Below are positions 39,922-49,899 of a stretch of 64,000 nucleotides of DNA, piece after piece. Under the pieces are notes generated by a model. It saw only the letters and a list, made by a program, of their open reading frames with translations, ran no database searches and was not told the origin of the DNA. This stretch comes from a virus (taxonomy: Duplodnaviria; Caudoviricetes). Positions within the stretch are counted from its first letter, which is position 1; every line of letters starts with the position of its first letter. Where the stretch lies: the IMG/VR virus record IMGVR_UViG_3300028887_000080, positions 1 through 64,000 of that record; one strand, 5' to 3'. A program made the position numbers and the translations under genes.

Positions 39922-41655
39922 ATGATGAATGCGGAATGTGACACTACTATGGAAGAACTCAAAAATTTTCTCAATGCCAAACCCGTGTACTTGCAGGAAA
40001 GCAAATTTGCAGTGAAGTTTCCCGATGAGTATGTCACATTGTGCAGTTGGAAGTTTCCCGACGGGTTCACATTCCAGCAGAAACTTTATCATTATGTCAA
40101 TGGCGACAATATATTCAGACTTGGATTGTGTCCCACTTGTGGAAAGCGTTGCAGGTTCAAGTCATTTGGCAGAGGTTACTTTGAGTATTGCAGCAAATCC
40201 TGTATCTATACAAAGGAGCGTTCCGAAAAGTGCAAGGAGACAAAACTTGAACGATATGGTGACTCCAACTACAATAACATAGAAAAGGCGAAGCGTACTT
40301 GTATTGACAGATATGGTGTGGAGAACGTCTCGCTTGTTGAGAGCATATCGGAGCAGAAATCGGAAACAAGACGTAACAGGACATCGGATGAGAAAGCGGC
40401 GACAAGGGAGAAAATAGCACGGACGTGGGCGGCAAAGACAGATGATGACGTAAACAGGCATATAGAGAGTATCCGACAGGGAAAACTTGAAAAGTATGGG
40501 GACGTCAATTTTTCAAATCCGCAAAAGACAAAGGATACTAAACTTGAAAGATATGGGACACCAACCTATGTGAACCCTGAAAAAATGGTCGCGACAAAGC
40601 GTGCGAAGGCATTGGATGCAGACCCGAACATAATCAGTTTCAATACTGACGGCAGCGTGGTCAGGAGATGTGATAATCCATCCTGTGACAGGTGTGATGA
40701 AAAGTGCTATACCACATTCACGAGACTTCATTATGACAGAATCAGACTTGGGTGTATCACCTGCACCAAACTAAATCCCATTGACAGGCACACGAGCGGA
40801 GGTGAGAATGAGTTGTATGAATATGTCAGGGGGGTGTACGGAGGAACCATAGTGAAGAATGACAGGGGTGTCCTCGGAGGTCAGGAACTTGACATCTATC
40901 TTCCTGACAAGAAACTCGCATTTGAGTTCAACGGGTTGTATTGGCACAGTGATTTATACAAGGACAAGAACTATCACTTTGAGAAATCAAAATCCTGTAT
41001 GGAGAAAGGTGTGAGACTTGTCCATATATGGGAGGATGATTGGCGTTACAGGAGGGATATTGTGGAGAACCTCATATCAGGAATATTGGGAAAGCACAAT
41101 ACTTACATAAACGCAAGGAAATGTTCGGTGGGAAAGGTGGATGCAAAAACAGCGCGAGTGTTTTGTGATAAATACCATATACAGGGTTATGTGAACTGTG
41201 CTGTCAGATATGGTATTTTCTATAATGGAGAACTTGTGATGGTCTCGTTATTTGGAAAGCGCAGGCGGATTTGCGGAGGTGTCCCGAAAGAGAATGTTTG
41301 GGAACTTTACAGGATGTGTTCGGTGTTCGGAACGAGAGTTCGCGGAGGTGCGAGCAGATTGCTTGTGCATTTCATCAATGATGTCAGACCGAACTCCATA
41401 GTAACTTTTGCCGACTCCTGTATTTCTGACGGTGGAGTCTATGAGAAAATGGGTTTTGTGAAGGACGGTGTTGTGCCGCCATCCTACTATTGGGTTGTTG
41501 GCATTGAACGTGTGCCGAGATATAGGTTCCAAAAGTCAATGCTTGAGGAGTGCAAGGACAACTCTGACCTTACGGAGGATGAGGTGATGCGGTCAAGAGG
41601 ATGCCTCAAAATATGGGATGCGGGAAAAGTGAGATACATCATTGATATATCGTAA
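39922..41655 (+). CDS. Hef-like homing endonuclease paralog 3
   Basis: T..ERYG repeats, SGGE, ELDIYLPDKKLAFEFNGLYWHS, HIWEDDW, WELYRMC, VTFAD, IWDAG. Confidence 0.8.
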   Translation: MMNAECDTTMEELKNFLNAKPVYLQESKFAVKFPDEYVTLCSWKFPDGFTFQQKLYHYVNGDNIFRLGLCPTCGKRCRFKSFGRGYFEYCSKSCIYTKERSEKCKETKLERYGDSNYNNIEKAKRTCIDRYGVENVSLVESISEQKSETRRNRTSDEKAATREKIARTWAAKTDDDVNRHIESIRQGKLEKYGDVNFSNPQKTKDTKLERYGTPTYVNPEKMVATKRAKALDADPNIISFNTDGSVVRRCDNPSCDRCDEKCYTTFTRLHYDRIRLGCITCTKLNPIDRHTSGGENELYEYVRGVYGGTIVKNDRGVLGGQELDIYLPDKKLAFEFNGLYWHSDLYKDKNYHFEKSKSCMEKGVRLVHIWEDDWRYRRDIVENLISGILGKHNTYINARKCSVGKVDAKTARVFCDKYHIQGYVNCAVRYGIFYNGELVMVSLFGKRRRICGGVPKENVWELYRMCSVFGTRVRGGASRLLVHFINDVRPNSIVTFADSCISDGGVYEKMGFVKDGVVPPSYYWVVGIERVPRYRFQKSMLEECKDNSDLTEDEVMRSRGCLKIWDAGKVRYIIDIS

Positions 41656-41704
41656 AAAATACATTGTTTTTTGTTATATTTAATAATAACAAAATTTATT
41701 GAAT

Positions 41705-42208
41705 ATGCCTGATTTTTCTTTTACATACAAAAATGGCGCGGTGCTTGAGTACGACGTTGGAAATTTTGACGCTTGGTGTGTATATCTGACAAGACCTGAC
41801 GGCAAGCGGATTGCTCCGAGAGACAGGGAGTATTTTTCAAGGATAAAGGATTATGACAAGGTGATTGGAGGCGGTGCTGTCTACAAAGACCTTGTCAGGA
41901 TATACAACAAGACAAACAATGTCCCGAACCCACTTGTGCTTGAGAAAATAGAGGAGTATTGCCACAGGCGCTATGACGCTTGCTGTGGAAGCGATTATGC
42001 AACTTCAATGGCAATAGACTATGGAATAATCTATATGGGTATGGTCGCGGAGGAAAACAAGAAAAACTCCGTGCTCGGAAAACGTGTCAAAAGACTTGGT
42101 TTTCATCAGGTTCTTGTTGAGAATATGGATTGCAGTTGTGCCGCGTCATACAGCAAAGGAGTCAAATCGGACGAACTTGACAAACTTTGTAAAAAATATG
42201 GTTTTTGA
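41705..42208 (+). CDS. hypothetical protein
   Basis: FDAWCVY, MVAEENK..LGKRVKRLG; promoter motif at 41667. Confidence 0.7.
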   Translation: MPDFSFTYKNGAVLEYDVGNFDAWCVYLTRPDGKRIAPRDREYFSRIKDYDKVIGGGAVYKDLVRIYNKTNNVPNPLVLEKIEEYCHRRYDACCGSDYATSMAIDYGIIYMGMVAEENKKNSVLGKRVKRLGFHQVLVENMDCSCAASYSKGVKSDELDKLCKKYGF

Positions 42209-42210
42209 TT

Positions 42211-42498
42211 ATGGAACAAAGTGAATTGGAAACGAATGTGTGTGTTTTTGCACACGAGAACAATGTATCGCCTGAAAACGTGCGTGTTATAAAAAAGTCA
42301 GAACTTGTTGTCGGGCAGACCTACAACGGCGTATGCAGAAACGCAGACCACGCAGTATGGAAAGGCGAGTGCTTTGAGTATTACAGATACAAGTTCGGAA
42401 GTTGGTTCAAGGAGGAAATCAACCATTTCGAGGATGACGACGGGTATGATGTGTTTGTGCCTATGGAGGTTGTTTCTGCGAAAGACGCCTGCATATAA
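42211..42498 (+). CDS. hypothetical protein
   Basis: CRNA..A.W, INHFEDDDGYDVFVP. Confidence 0.7.
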   Translation: MEQSELETNVCVFAHENNVSPENVRVIKKSELVVGQTYNGVCRNADHAVWKGECFEYYRYKFGSWFKEEINHFEDDDGYDVFVPMEVVSAKDACI

Positions 42499-42521
42499 AT
42501 ATAGGAAACATAACACATTGG

Positions 42522-44492
42522 ATGGTTGACGGAAACAGAACTACGGCGAATGGAGACCAACTGCTTGTCAGCGTGAAGGAACCATATCTCAACCTGATGG
42601 AGATTTCGGGTTACGAGTATGTGGCTAAAGGCGAGACTGAAACATTGTACTATACAAAGGAGTTCAGGTGGTCTACGGACGGAATCCTCTACAACGATTG
42701 GAAACCCCTGACCAATGAAAACCTGAAGAATATACTCCTAACACCTGACAAACCTTTCTATCCCCAATACCGCCTCACGCAGAACGGCGACGGAGAACTG
42801 ACGTTCGAGAGCATCGCGCTCGAAACCGTCACGGAGGAAGGTCTTGTCACCTCAATACCGTTGTGCGGCATTGACGACAACAGCAACTGCTGTGGACGGC
42901 AGAACCTCGTGTTCGAGTGCTGCGGCGGCGGGTTCAATCCCTATTCGGTCGGAAACTCCTCCTATGTCTATACCCAACTCTCGCAGGTGGTTTCCAATAT
43001 GTTCGGTTTCTGCGTGCAATACTTCAAGACAAGCGCAGACCAACGCTCGAAGGACGTCATCCTGCACGAATACTCATTGCTCAACGTGATTGCGGAGGGG
43101 AATGTGAAGATTGTCGTGCCCGACAACCAACTGCCGACGAGGGAGATAAACTTCAACCCCCTTATGATGGACTATCCAGTGGTGTTCGAGGTGCATATCG
43201 TCAAGCAGGGGTTCAGGAGCGCTTTCGGTCAGGACGCCAAACCCGAAGTGGGGGACTATCTCTATTTCGAGCAGTATGTGAACAAGATGTACGAAGTGAA
43301 CGCTGTGTCCGAAACCGACGACTATCTTTACACAGGAGCGTATTGGAGGGTCAGTCTCGCGCAGTATCAGAAACGGAGCGCGGTCAAGTTCGAGACTCCA
43401 GAAATTGAACTTGCCACCGACACCCTCATATTCAACACCGACAAGTTCAACATCGAGGTCGAGAAACAGGAGGAGGATGTACGCAAACCTGAACAGTACA
43501 ACACGATAGGCAAGGTCGAGAACGACTATGTGCGCAGGATACTCGACAAGCGCCTGAAAATCGAAACGGAGAGTATATACAACAACTGGACGGTCATCTC
43601 CAAGCACCATTACGCGCTGAAGTCCATACCTCGCGGGCAGACCGCCATACAGTACAGGTATGACAGTGGGTGGGGTGAAAGTGACGACAGGATGTTCACT
43701 ATGTGGTTCAGACCGAAATACGCGAACCCGAATTTCATAGACTCTTCCAACAAGACCTATGCGGACTCGCAGTTTCCAAAGACCGATGTGATGGAAATAC
43801 TGAACGACGGCGGTTATGCCGTGTTCAGGGTTGAAAGTGTGAAAAACATATCGGAGGGTATGCTTGTCCGAGTGAACGGAACCAACTATCCGAAGGTTAT
43901 GAAAGTTGTGTCGGTGGACTATGAAAACAATCTGTTCAAGGTTAACAACAGGTATATTGACAACTGCATTGTGGTTAACGCCTGTGTCCTGCCTTCGCAA
44001 ACCAATGAGTTCCTTGTTTCGGAAGGAGGGTTTGCATTGTCATACGCATTCAAGTCCGTGTGTGTGTCGTTGGGCGGGAAAGACATTCTGTTCGACCTCA
44101 AGAAAAACGGGGCGGACGGTTTCGGAGGTCTTTTGGCGGACAGGTGGTGGGCGTTCGTCGTTATGGTGAAACCGTCGGAAAAGAAATGCGCATTGTGGAT
44201 ATACTCGTTGAGTTCGGGGAATCCGAACCTCCGCACGATGGATTCCGCAATCAGTCAAGTCTATTATTCTATGCAGGAAGTCCACGGAGACCTCACCGTC
44301 GGCGACGGGCATTTCGGTTTGCGTTCCTGTGCTATGGACATAACGAACATAAGGATATGGAACGAACTGTGCGAGGAAGACAAGCACAATCTCATTCTGT
44401 CGCAGTATGTCGTGAAGGATAGTCACAAGTGCGAACTCGTGGACAATGCACAACCTGAACTTATGCTCGACAAGGTAACCAATCCGAGATAG
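42522..44492 (+). CDS. virion neck/head-closure protein (gp14-like) with extra beta-sandwich domains
   Basis: KPEVGDYLYF...KMYEVNAV resembles gp14; ITNIRIWN LamG-like end; TATAAATA upstream. Confidence 0.55.
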   Translation: MVDGNRTTANGDQLLVSVKEPYLNLMEISGYEYVAKGETETLYYTKEFRWSTDGILYNDWKPLTNENLKNILLTPDKPFYPQYRLTQNGDGELTFESIALETVTEEGLVTSIPLCGIDDNSNCCGRQNLVFECCGGGFNPYSVGNSSYVYTQLSQVVSNMFGFCVQYFKTSADQRSKDVILHEYSLLNVIAEGNVKIVVPDNQLPTREINFNPLMMDYPVVFEVHIVKQGFRSAFGQDAKPEVGDYLYFEQYVNKMYEVNAVSETDDYLYTGAYWRVSLAQYQKRSAVKFETPEIELATDTLIFNTDKFNIEVEKQEEDVRKPEQYNTIGKVENDYVRRILDKRLKIETESIYNNWTVISKHHYALKSIPRGQTAIQYRYDSGWGESDDRMFTMWFRPKYANPNFIDSSNKTYADSQFPKTDVMEILNDGGYAVFRVESVKNISEGMLVRVNGTNYPKVMKVVSVDYENNLFKVNNRYIDNCIVVNACVLPSQTNEFLVSEGGFALSYAFKSVCVSLGGKDILFDLKKNGADGFGGLLADRWWAFVVMVKPSEKKCALWIYSLSSGNPNLRTMDSAISQVYYSMQEVHGDLTVGDGHFGLRSCAMDITNIRIWNELCEEDKHNLILSQYVVKDSHKCELVDNAQPELMLDKVTNPR

Positions 44493-44560
44493 CGGAAAGC
44501 GCTGATATATCAATGATATATCCGCATATAAATATATGCGGAGCAATCATAGACATAATT

Positions 44561-45139
44561 ATGGCAGAGATAAAGAAAGCGAACCTTACATTTCCAAAAT
44601 CTTTCACGAAAAGGAAGAAAACCACTGAAATCATACTCCATTGCGCGGCAACGAAGGAGGGCGTGAACTACAGCGTGAACGCAATACACAATATGCACAT
44701 CAAGAAAGGGTGGAACGGAATTGCTTACAACTACTACATAGACCTCTACGGCACGATTTGGGAAGGTCGTCCCGAAGACTGCGTCGGGGCGCACACTACC
44801 GACCACAATTCAATCTCAATCGGCATCTGCTATTGCGGCGGCGTCGACAAGAACAACAAGGCGAAGGATACAAGGACGCCCGCGCAGACCGCCGCTATGA
44901 TTTGGCTGTGCAGATATTTGCACAAGAAATACCCGAACGCGACGTTCCACGGGCACAGGGAGTTCGCGAACAAGGCGTGCCCGTCTTTCGATGTCAAGAC
45001 TTGGATTAAGACGTTCGACCTGAATATGCCAGACAACGGATTGACGCCTGTCGTGAAGTCGACGGACAACGCAAAAAAAGTGGCGGACGCAACCACGAAG
45101 ATTATCGACAAGATTTCAAAACTGTTCAAGAAAAAATAA
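44561..45139 (+). CDS. N-acetylmuramoyl-L-alanine amidase (endolysin)
   Basis: IILHCAAT, GW..IAYNYYI, GRP..GAH, SIGICY.GG, GHRE..KACPSF. Confidence 0.93.
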   Translation: MAEIKKANLTFPKSFTKRKKTTEIILHCAATKEGVNYSVNAIHNMHIKKGWNGIAYNYYIDLYGTIWEGRPEDCVGAHTTDHNSISIGICYCGGVDKNNKAKDTRTPAQTAAMIWLCRYLHKKYPNATFHGHREFANKACPSFDVKTWIKTFDLNMPDNGLTPVVKSTDNAKKVADATTKIIDKISKLFKKK

Positions 45140-45145
45140 ACGACT

Positions 45146-45520
45146 ATGAATACATTTTACCTATACACACCAATCTATATCAAAGACCTTTCAGAACACG
45201 GTTTCACGCTGAAGCGCGGACGCAAGTTCAACAGCACATTCCTTTTCCACAAGGAGTGCGCAATCGGTATGAACGCATATATCGACGAGGACGAAAACGG
45301 GGGATACATAGACACCCTGAACGTGACCGACGAGTGCGAGGGAGTGTTCGTCCGCCTGTACGAGGCGTTCAAACCTCAACTTATGGACGAGTTCTGGTTC
45401 ACTATGTGGAACTCCCTGAACGATGCGAACAAGACCGAAAGCGAATACAAAAGGGCATTGGACAATTCCGCATACACAGCAAGGCGTTTGGTTGAGAATG
45501 CAATGCGGAAAAACGTATAA
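45146..45520 (+). CDS. hypothetical protein
   Basis: ORF in operon. Confidence 0.6.
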   Translation: MNTFYLYTPIYIKDLSEHGFTLKRGRKFNSTFLFHKECAIGMNAYIDEDENGGYIDTLNVTDECEGVFVRLYEAFKPQLMDEFWFTMWNSLNDANKTESEYKRALDNSAYTARRLVENAMRKNV

Positions 45521-45544
45521 ATACAAAAAATAAATTTTGGAACT

Positions 45545-45943
45545 ATGACACACATAATGAGAATTGACGAGATGTCTGATGGTATAAAAAAATCTGAAAT
45601 TACATTTGAAGAATTGATTTCAATGACGGATAATTTTACAGTCAGGTGTTCTTTACGGAGTCGGTATGATTTTGTAATCAAAAGGGATTTTCTGTTTGAT
45701 ATTGTAAGAAAAAATGGAAATACAATCGACGCTACAATAGAGGAAATGGATTCCATTGAAGGTGAAACTAAAAAAATGGGTGTTCGTTACAAAAAGGATG
45801 TAAAAATGACATTTGATGAAACTGAAATGTCAATTTCGGCAAATGTTGTACTCGCTGATATTTTGAAAGACTTTGACAATGAATTTTTTAGGAAGAATGA
45901 ACTCATATCAATCGACATAATAGTAGGTGACGATGTTTTTTAG
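45545..45943 (+). CDS. late hypothetical protein
   Basis: TATAAATA at 45516; MTHIMRIDEM N-terminus. Confidence 0.65.
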   Translation: MTHIMRIDEMSDGIKKSEITFEELISMTDNFTVRCSLRSRYDFVIKRDFLFDIVRKNGNTIDATIEEMDSIEGETKKMGVRYKKDVKMTFDETEMSISANVVLADILKDFDNEFFRKNELISIDIIVGDDVF

Positions 45944-45957
45944 ACATTCGATACAAT

Positions 45958-46005
45958 TTTGAAACAAAAAAGGGGAGCACATTGTGCCCCCTTTTTTGTT
46001 TCAAA
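45958..46005. terminator. bidirectional terminator at strand convergence
   Basis: TTTGAAACAAAAAAGGGGAGCAC-ATT-GTGCCCCCTTTTTTGTTTCAAA. Confidence 0.8.
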
Positions 46006-46130
46006 AAATCCAAATTGGCAGATAAGCAGAAATCGCCGCTTTTACGGCATTTTATCTTTTTTATGTACACAGATACCATTTTTTGAACATAGTGTCCAAA
46101 ACAGGCGAAAACACGCCTAAAATTAAAAAT

Positions 46131-46643
46131 CTATACCCAAGTTATCTTTTTGTATTCTCCGTCTTCGTAGTAACCGAACGAAAAGCACATCGGGGTTAGG
46201 AAAACTGGTTCTGTGATGATGTTCTTTTTGTATTTGTCCGCATACCCCTTGTTCATATATGCGATTGTGATATGGGGTTTGTAGGTCGTGAACTCCGTGT
46301 GGAGGGTGTAGTTCGCCTTTATCGCGGAGTTTGTCGTATGAAGCGCTTGGCATACCACGCCGCATTTCAGGACGTCGTAGTTGTCGTTGCTGAACACGCT
46401 CACGTCTGAAAGCATTGTCTTGTAGTCGTTGAGAGGAAGCAGGTGCTTTTTCAACTGTTCAAGGTTGACGTCGTTGTCGAGACAGGGAGCGAGCGTGACG
46501 TGCGTCTCGGTTTCAAGTCCATAGACGAACGGTGAATCTGGGTCGCTCGGTTTGTACAGTTCATAGTCCTTGATGCTGTTTTGGATTCCCTTTATGTAGT
46601 CAGGTGTTTGGAAGTCCACCATCAAAAATGCGTATTTGTCCAT
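46131..46643 (-). CDS. 2H phosphoesterase (Acb1/T4 57B- or LigT-like)
   Basis: two HxT motifs: THVTL and YKPHITIAY. Confidence 0.8.
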   Translation of the reverse strand: MDKYAFLMVDFQTPDYIKGIQNSIKDYELYKPSDPDSPFVYGLETETHVTLAPCLDNDVNLEQLKKHLLPLNDYKTMLSDVSVFSNDNYDVLKCGVVCQALHTTNSAIKANYTLHTEFTTYKPHITIAYMNKGYADKYKKNIITEPVFLTPMCFSFGYYEDGEYKKITWV

Positions 46644-46695
46644 ATCTGTTTTTTTTATTATTGTCGGTTTGTATTTATAAACCGCTGCTTGTTAG

Positions 46696-46768
<73 letters not shown>

Positions 46769-46769
46769 T

Positions 46770-47069
46770 TTACACGTCCTTTGACATAAGGACGCCTATT
46801 TTTCCTTCCGTGAAAAGTCTTGCCTGTTCGAGCGTGCAAAAGATTGCGGGTCGTTCGTTGAACTCATTGTCTATGCAGATTGCGACTCTCGGTTCGGACG
46901 GTTCCTCCACATCCTCAAACCAACCGCTTCCGTTCATACAGACCTCGCTTTCATCATCGACCTCATATACGACATAGCGTTTTGCCGTTGAAATTTCAAT
47001 GCTTCCGTCAATGGCGGTTCCGAAAATATAGTTCACGCTTTCTTCTTTGATAATGTATTTGCTTTCCAT
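46770..47069 (-). CDS. acidic hypothetical protein within tRNA cluster
   Basis: ATG ORF between tRNAs. Confidence 0.6.
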   Translation of the reverse strand: MESKYIIKEESVNYIFGTAIDGSIEISTAKRYVVYEVDDESEVCMNGSGWFEDVEEPSEPRVAICIDNEFNERPAIFCTLEQARLFTEGKIGVLMSKDV

Positions 47070-47095
47070 ATTCTTGATTTTTGTTTTTTAATTTG

Positions 47096-47166
47096 TTGTC
47101 GGTCAGAGGGTCGAACTCCGATTAGCGGAACCAGAATCCGCTGTGCTGCCATTACACCAACCGACA
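47096..47166 (-). tRNA. tRNA-Gln(CUG)
   Basis: GCGGA-TTCTGGT-TCCGC. Confidence 0.9.
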
Positions 47167-47370
47167 TTACAAGACCATTTGAGACAATGCCGCCAACTCT
47201 TCCACGTCGTTTCCGATACGCTTAAACAAGGGGTTACATCAATGCTCACCCCCCAACGGACAGTACGTCCGCTGTATCCGACCCGTATCTCAAATCTTGG
47301 GGTGACGTCACTTCCCCGTGAGGACACGTTGTTCTCGGCATAGTCGTCATTGCCCACTTTGGTCATTGTG

Positions 47371-47442
47371 AGCGGTGGACGGGATTTGAACCCGCAACCC
47401 CGACCTTGGCAAGGTCGTATTCTGCCGTTGAACTACCACCGC
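47371..47442 (-). tRNA. tRNA-Gly(GCC)
   Basis: CGACC-TTGCCAA-GGTCG. Confidence 0.93.
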
Positions 47443-47589
47443 ATCGTCTCTTTTCATCAGACTTCCTTGCAATATCCGAATCTTGTACTACCGGGCATCA
47501 ATAAGCACATCCGTCCTATTGACATTTTGAGACACACCCGTTTAATTGTTGTCTATCGTGAAACAATCTAAAGACCGCCTATGTGTTTG

Positions 47590-47662
47590 CAAGACCATAG
47601 GATTTGAACCTCCATTTCATCATTGGACGGATGATATTCTACCAAATTGAACTATCGCCGCC
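47590..47662 (-). pseudogene. degenerate tRNA (Asp GUC-like loop, unpaired acceptor stem)
   Basis: D arm GTTC..GAAT, ATCAT-CCGTCCA-ATGAT, AGG-TTCAAAT-CCT; ends do not pair. Confidence 0.5.
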
Positions 47663-47688
47663 GGACGAAATTTTGGACATTTCGTTTG

Positions 47689-47759
47689 CAGGAGTGGAAG
47701 GACTCGAACCTCCGTCTACGGTTTTGGAGACCGTCGTTCTACCACTGAACCACACTCCT
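47689..47759 (-). tRNA. tRNA-Trp(CCA)
   Basis: ACGGT-CTCCAAA-ACCGT. Confidence 0.93.
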
Positions 47760-47785
47760 ATTCACCGTTGAACTACAGACTCAAG

Positions 47786-47868
47786 TGCGGACGGTGAGAG
47801 TCGAACTCACACGGGGATACCCCCACCACCCCCTCAAGGTGGCGCGCCTGCCATTTCGCCACGTCCGC
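47786..47868 (-). tRNA. tRNA-Leu(GAG)
   Basis: CCACC-TTGAGGG-GGTGG, long variable arm. Confidence 0.92.
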
Positions 47869-48187
47869 ATAATCTCATAGATGCAACCAATCACTTTCCG
47901 CTTTGGCGGTGTATTCGGACTACGGGTCGATTACCTCCGACGTCCTAATTACGTCCATTCTCTCTAACGGGCACTCGATGTCCATCAGTGAAGTTCTATT
48001 CGGGGCGTCGTCACGTTTCCCGCTACGGGTCTATATTGGTTGCATCCGTTTAAGAAATTCGGCAAACGAGTTTTGTATCGTCATCTTAAACTAAATGTTG
48101 ACACAACCGCATCGCATTCTGCGGTCGCTTTGAAACGCCAACAATGTGCCCACAACGAAGGGTCACAAATCTTGCCGTATCCCATTG

Positions 48188-48261
48188 TACCGGCAGGTGG
48201 ATTTGAACCACCGTCTCCGCCTTATGAGGGCGGCGCAAGAAACCGACTCCGCTATGCCGAT
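48188..48261 (-). tRNA. tRNA with CAU anticodon (elongator Met probable)
   Basis: CCGCC-CTCATAA-GGCGG. Confidence 0.85.
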
Positions 48262-48435
48262 GTTTTGAAAACAAAAACCAACAGGTGTTTTGATTAAACT
48301 ATGTATTCCTTTTTCTTGCTTATCGGGTCTCGATGACCCGTGGAACCCACCTCTGATTTGCCTTGCAGCGTCAGTGATTCTCTGTTGTCAATGCACGGAA
48401 CAGTTATGCCCTATCGCAATGTTTTTGTTTCCAAG

Positions 48436-48524
48436 CGGAGGGGGTAGGATTTGAACCCACGGAACCCTTGCGGGTTCGGCGGTTTTCAAGACCGCTGCAA
48501 TAAACCAGACTCTGCCACCCCTCC
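48436..48524 (-). tRNA. tRNA-Ser(UGA)
   Basis: GCGGT-CTTGAAA-ACCGC, long variable arm. Confidence 0.93.
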
Positions 48525-48587
48525 AAAAATACTCCTGCTTTAAGGCAAGTCAGGTGAACCTTTGATATATCATTGATATATCGCTTG

Positions 48588-48661
48588 TGGAGCGTGGGGG
48601 AGTCGAACCCCCGACCCCCTGCGTGCAAAGCAGGTGTTCTGGCCAACTGAACTAACGCCCC
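48588..48661 (-). tRNA. tRNA-Ala(UGC)
   Basis: CCTGC-TTTGCAC-GCAGG; G3:U70. Confidence 0.93.
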
Positions 48662-48774
48662 GTTTACAACCTTTACAGACCGTATGGTTACACACGGGAA
48701 GTATAACCGAACCATACGTCGGTGTGCGCTGAACCCGTATCCGCAAACGGCAGCAACCGTTCCTAATCGGACAT

Positions 48775-49160
48775 CACGGACTTTACTTTTTTATGCACCT
48801 CGCCTTTACAGCGGCACGCACACCATTTCACGCAAACCATAAAGATTGTGGACAGACTCTTTGGTGTTTATCGCTTTGTCTCCGACTTGCATCGTCGCAC
48901 TTGCGGTGTGCGAGACCGTGCCTTCTTTTTTATATATGTCATCCCTTCGGGCATTGGGCAGAAAGGAAAACATAATATATTTGAGAATTTCTCTCTCACG
49001 CGCTTGCGTGGTTCCTGTCGGAATGCTCCTTTCCAATACATTGCAGGGAACACGTCCCCGCGACCGACAGTGGTCGCCCATATATCATTTCAGGGCATTG
49101 CTCCGACAACGGGATGAAAAAGCAAGCGAATCTTATGTTCGCCAAAAAATAAAGTCCGTG
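48775..49160 (-). ncRNA. candidate ~385-nt structured RNA
   Basis: ends pair (CACGGACTTTA/TAAAGTCCGTG); nested stems TCATCCC/GGGATGA, TGTCGGA..AATGC/GCATTCCGACA. Confidence 0.55.
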
Positions 49161-49166
49161 TCGGAA

Positions 49167-49244
49167 TGGTAGCGCGGACGGGACTCGAACCCGCAATCTC
49201 CACCTTGAAAGGGTGGCGACTTAAACCAGTTTGTCCACCGCGCC
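49167..49244 (-). tRNA. tRNA-Glu(UUC)
   Basis: CCACC-CTTTCAA-GGTGG; encoded CCA. Confidence 0.93.
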
Positions 49245-49397
49245 GTTCAGTGCGGTATAACCCGCACGTCCAACTGTTTGTTCATCTTGGAAAGTTGTCA
49301 ACCTGCACGACTTCCTTTTTTGAGTTTTCCGCGCACTGCCGAGTTGTACGGACGAAACTTGAGAATGAAAAAAAAATAGTCAAATAAAAAAACATTG

Positions 49398-49471
49398 GGT
49401 GGAGAGTGGGACTCGAACCCACGACCTACGGAACCACAATCCGCCGTTCTGCCAACTGAACTATCCCCACC
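49398..49471 (-). tRNA. tRNA-His(GUG)
   Basis: GCGGA-TTGTGGT-TCCGT; G-1:C73. Confidence 0.93.
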
Positions 49472-49475
49472 AAAT

Positions 49476-49898
49476 AAGTGATTGATGTGTTGTTACACCA
49501 AATTCTCCGACGGCGGTTTCACGGACATCTCAACGGGCGACTAACTTGGCAACTACGCCCTGCGCCGAACTTTTCTTCATAGTTCGGACACCCCCGCTTT
49601 CGCGGTGAAGATTAAGAGCAATCTCCTCTCGTACTGTCGCTCCTTATCCGTCGTACCTGTCTCCGACACCGAATTGCACTTGCGCCACATCAAGGAGACA
49701 CCCGTGTTTCAACGGGATTTTAATTGAGGACAACCGTGTATTCGTGCTTGTGACTCCGTGAGGTTGCCCATACCGCACCAAGTTCGCTGGTATGGTGTTC
49801 TTGTGACGTAAATCAACTATGCGCATAGTAGTATGTAGTCACTACCTCTTGAAACTCTTTAGAGGATGGACACTATCAGTCCCACCTTTCAATCACTT
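49476..49898 (-). ncRNA. candidate ~420-nt structured RNA
   Basis: ends pair (AAGTGATTGA/TCAATCACTT) exactly between tRNA-Ser and tRNA-His; many internal hairpins. Confidence 0.55.
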
Positions 49899-49899
49899 G

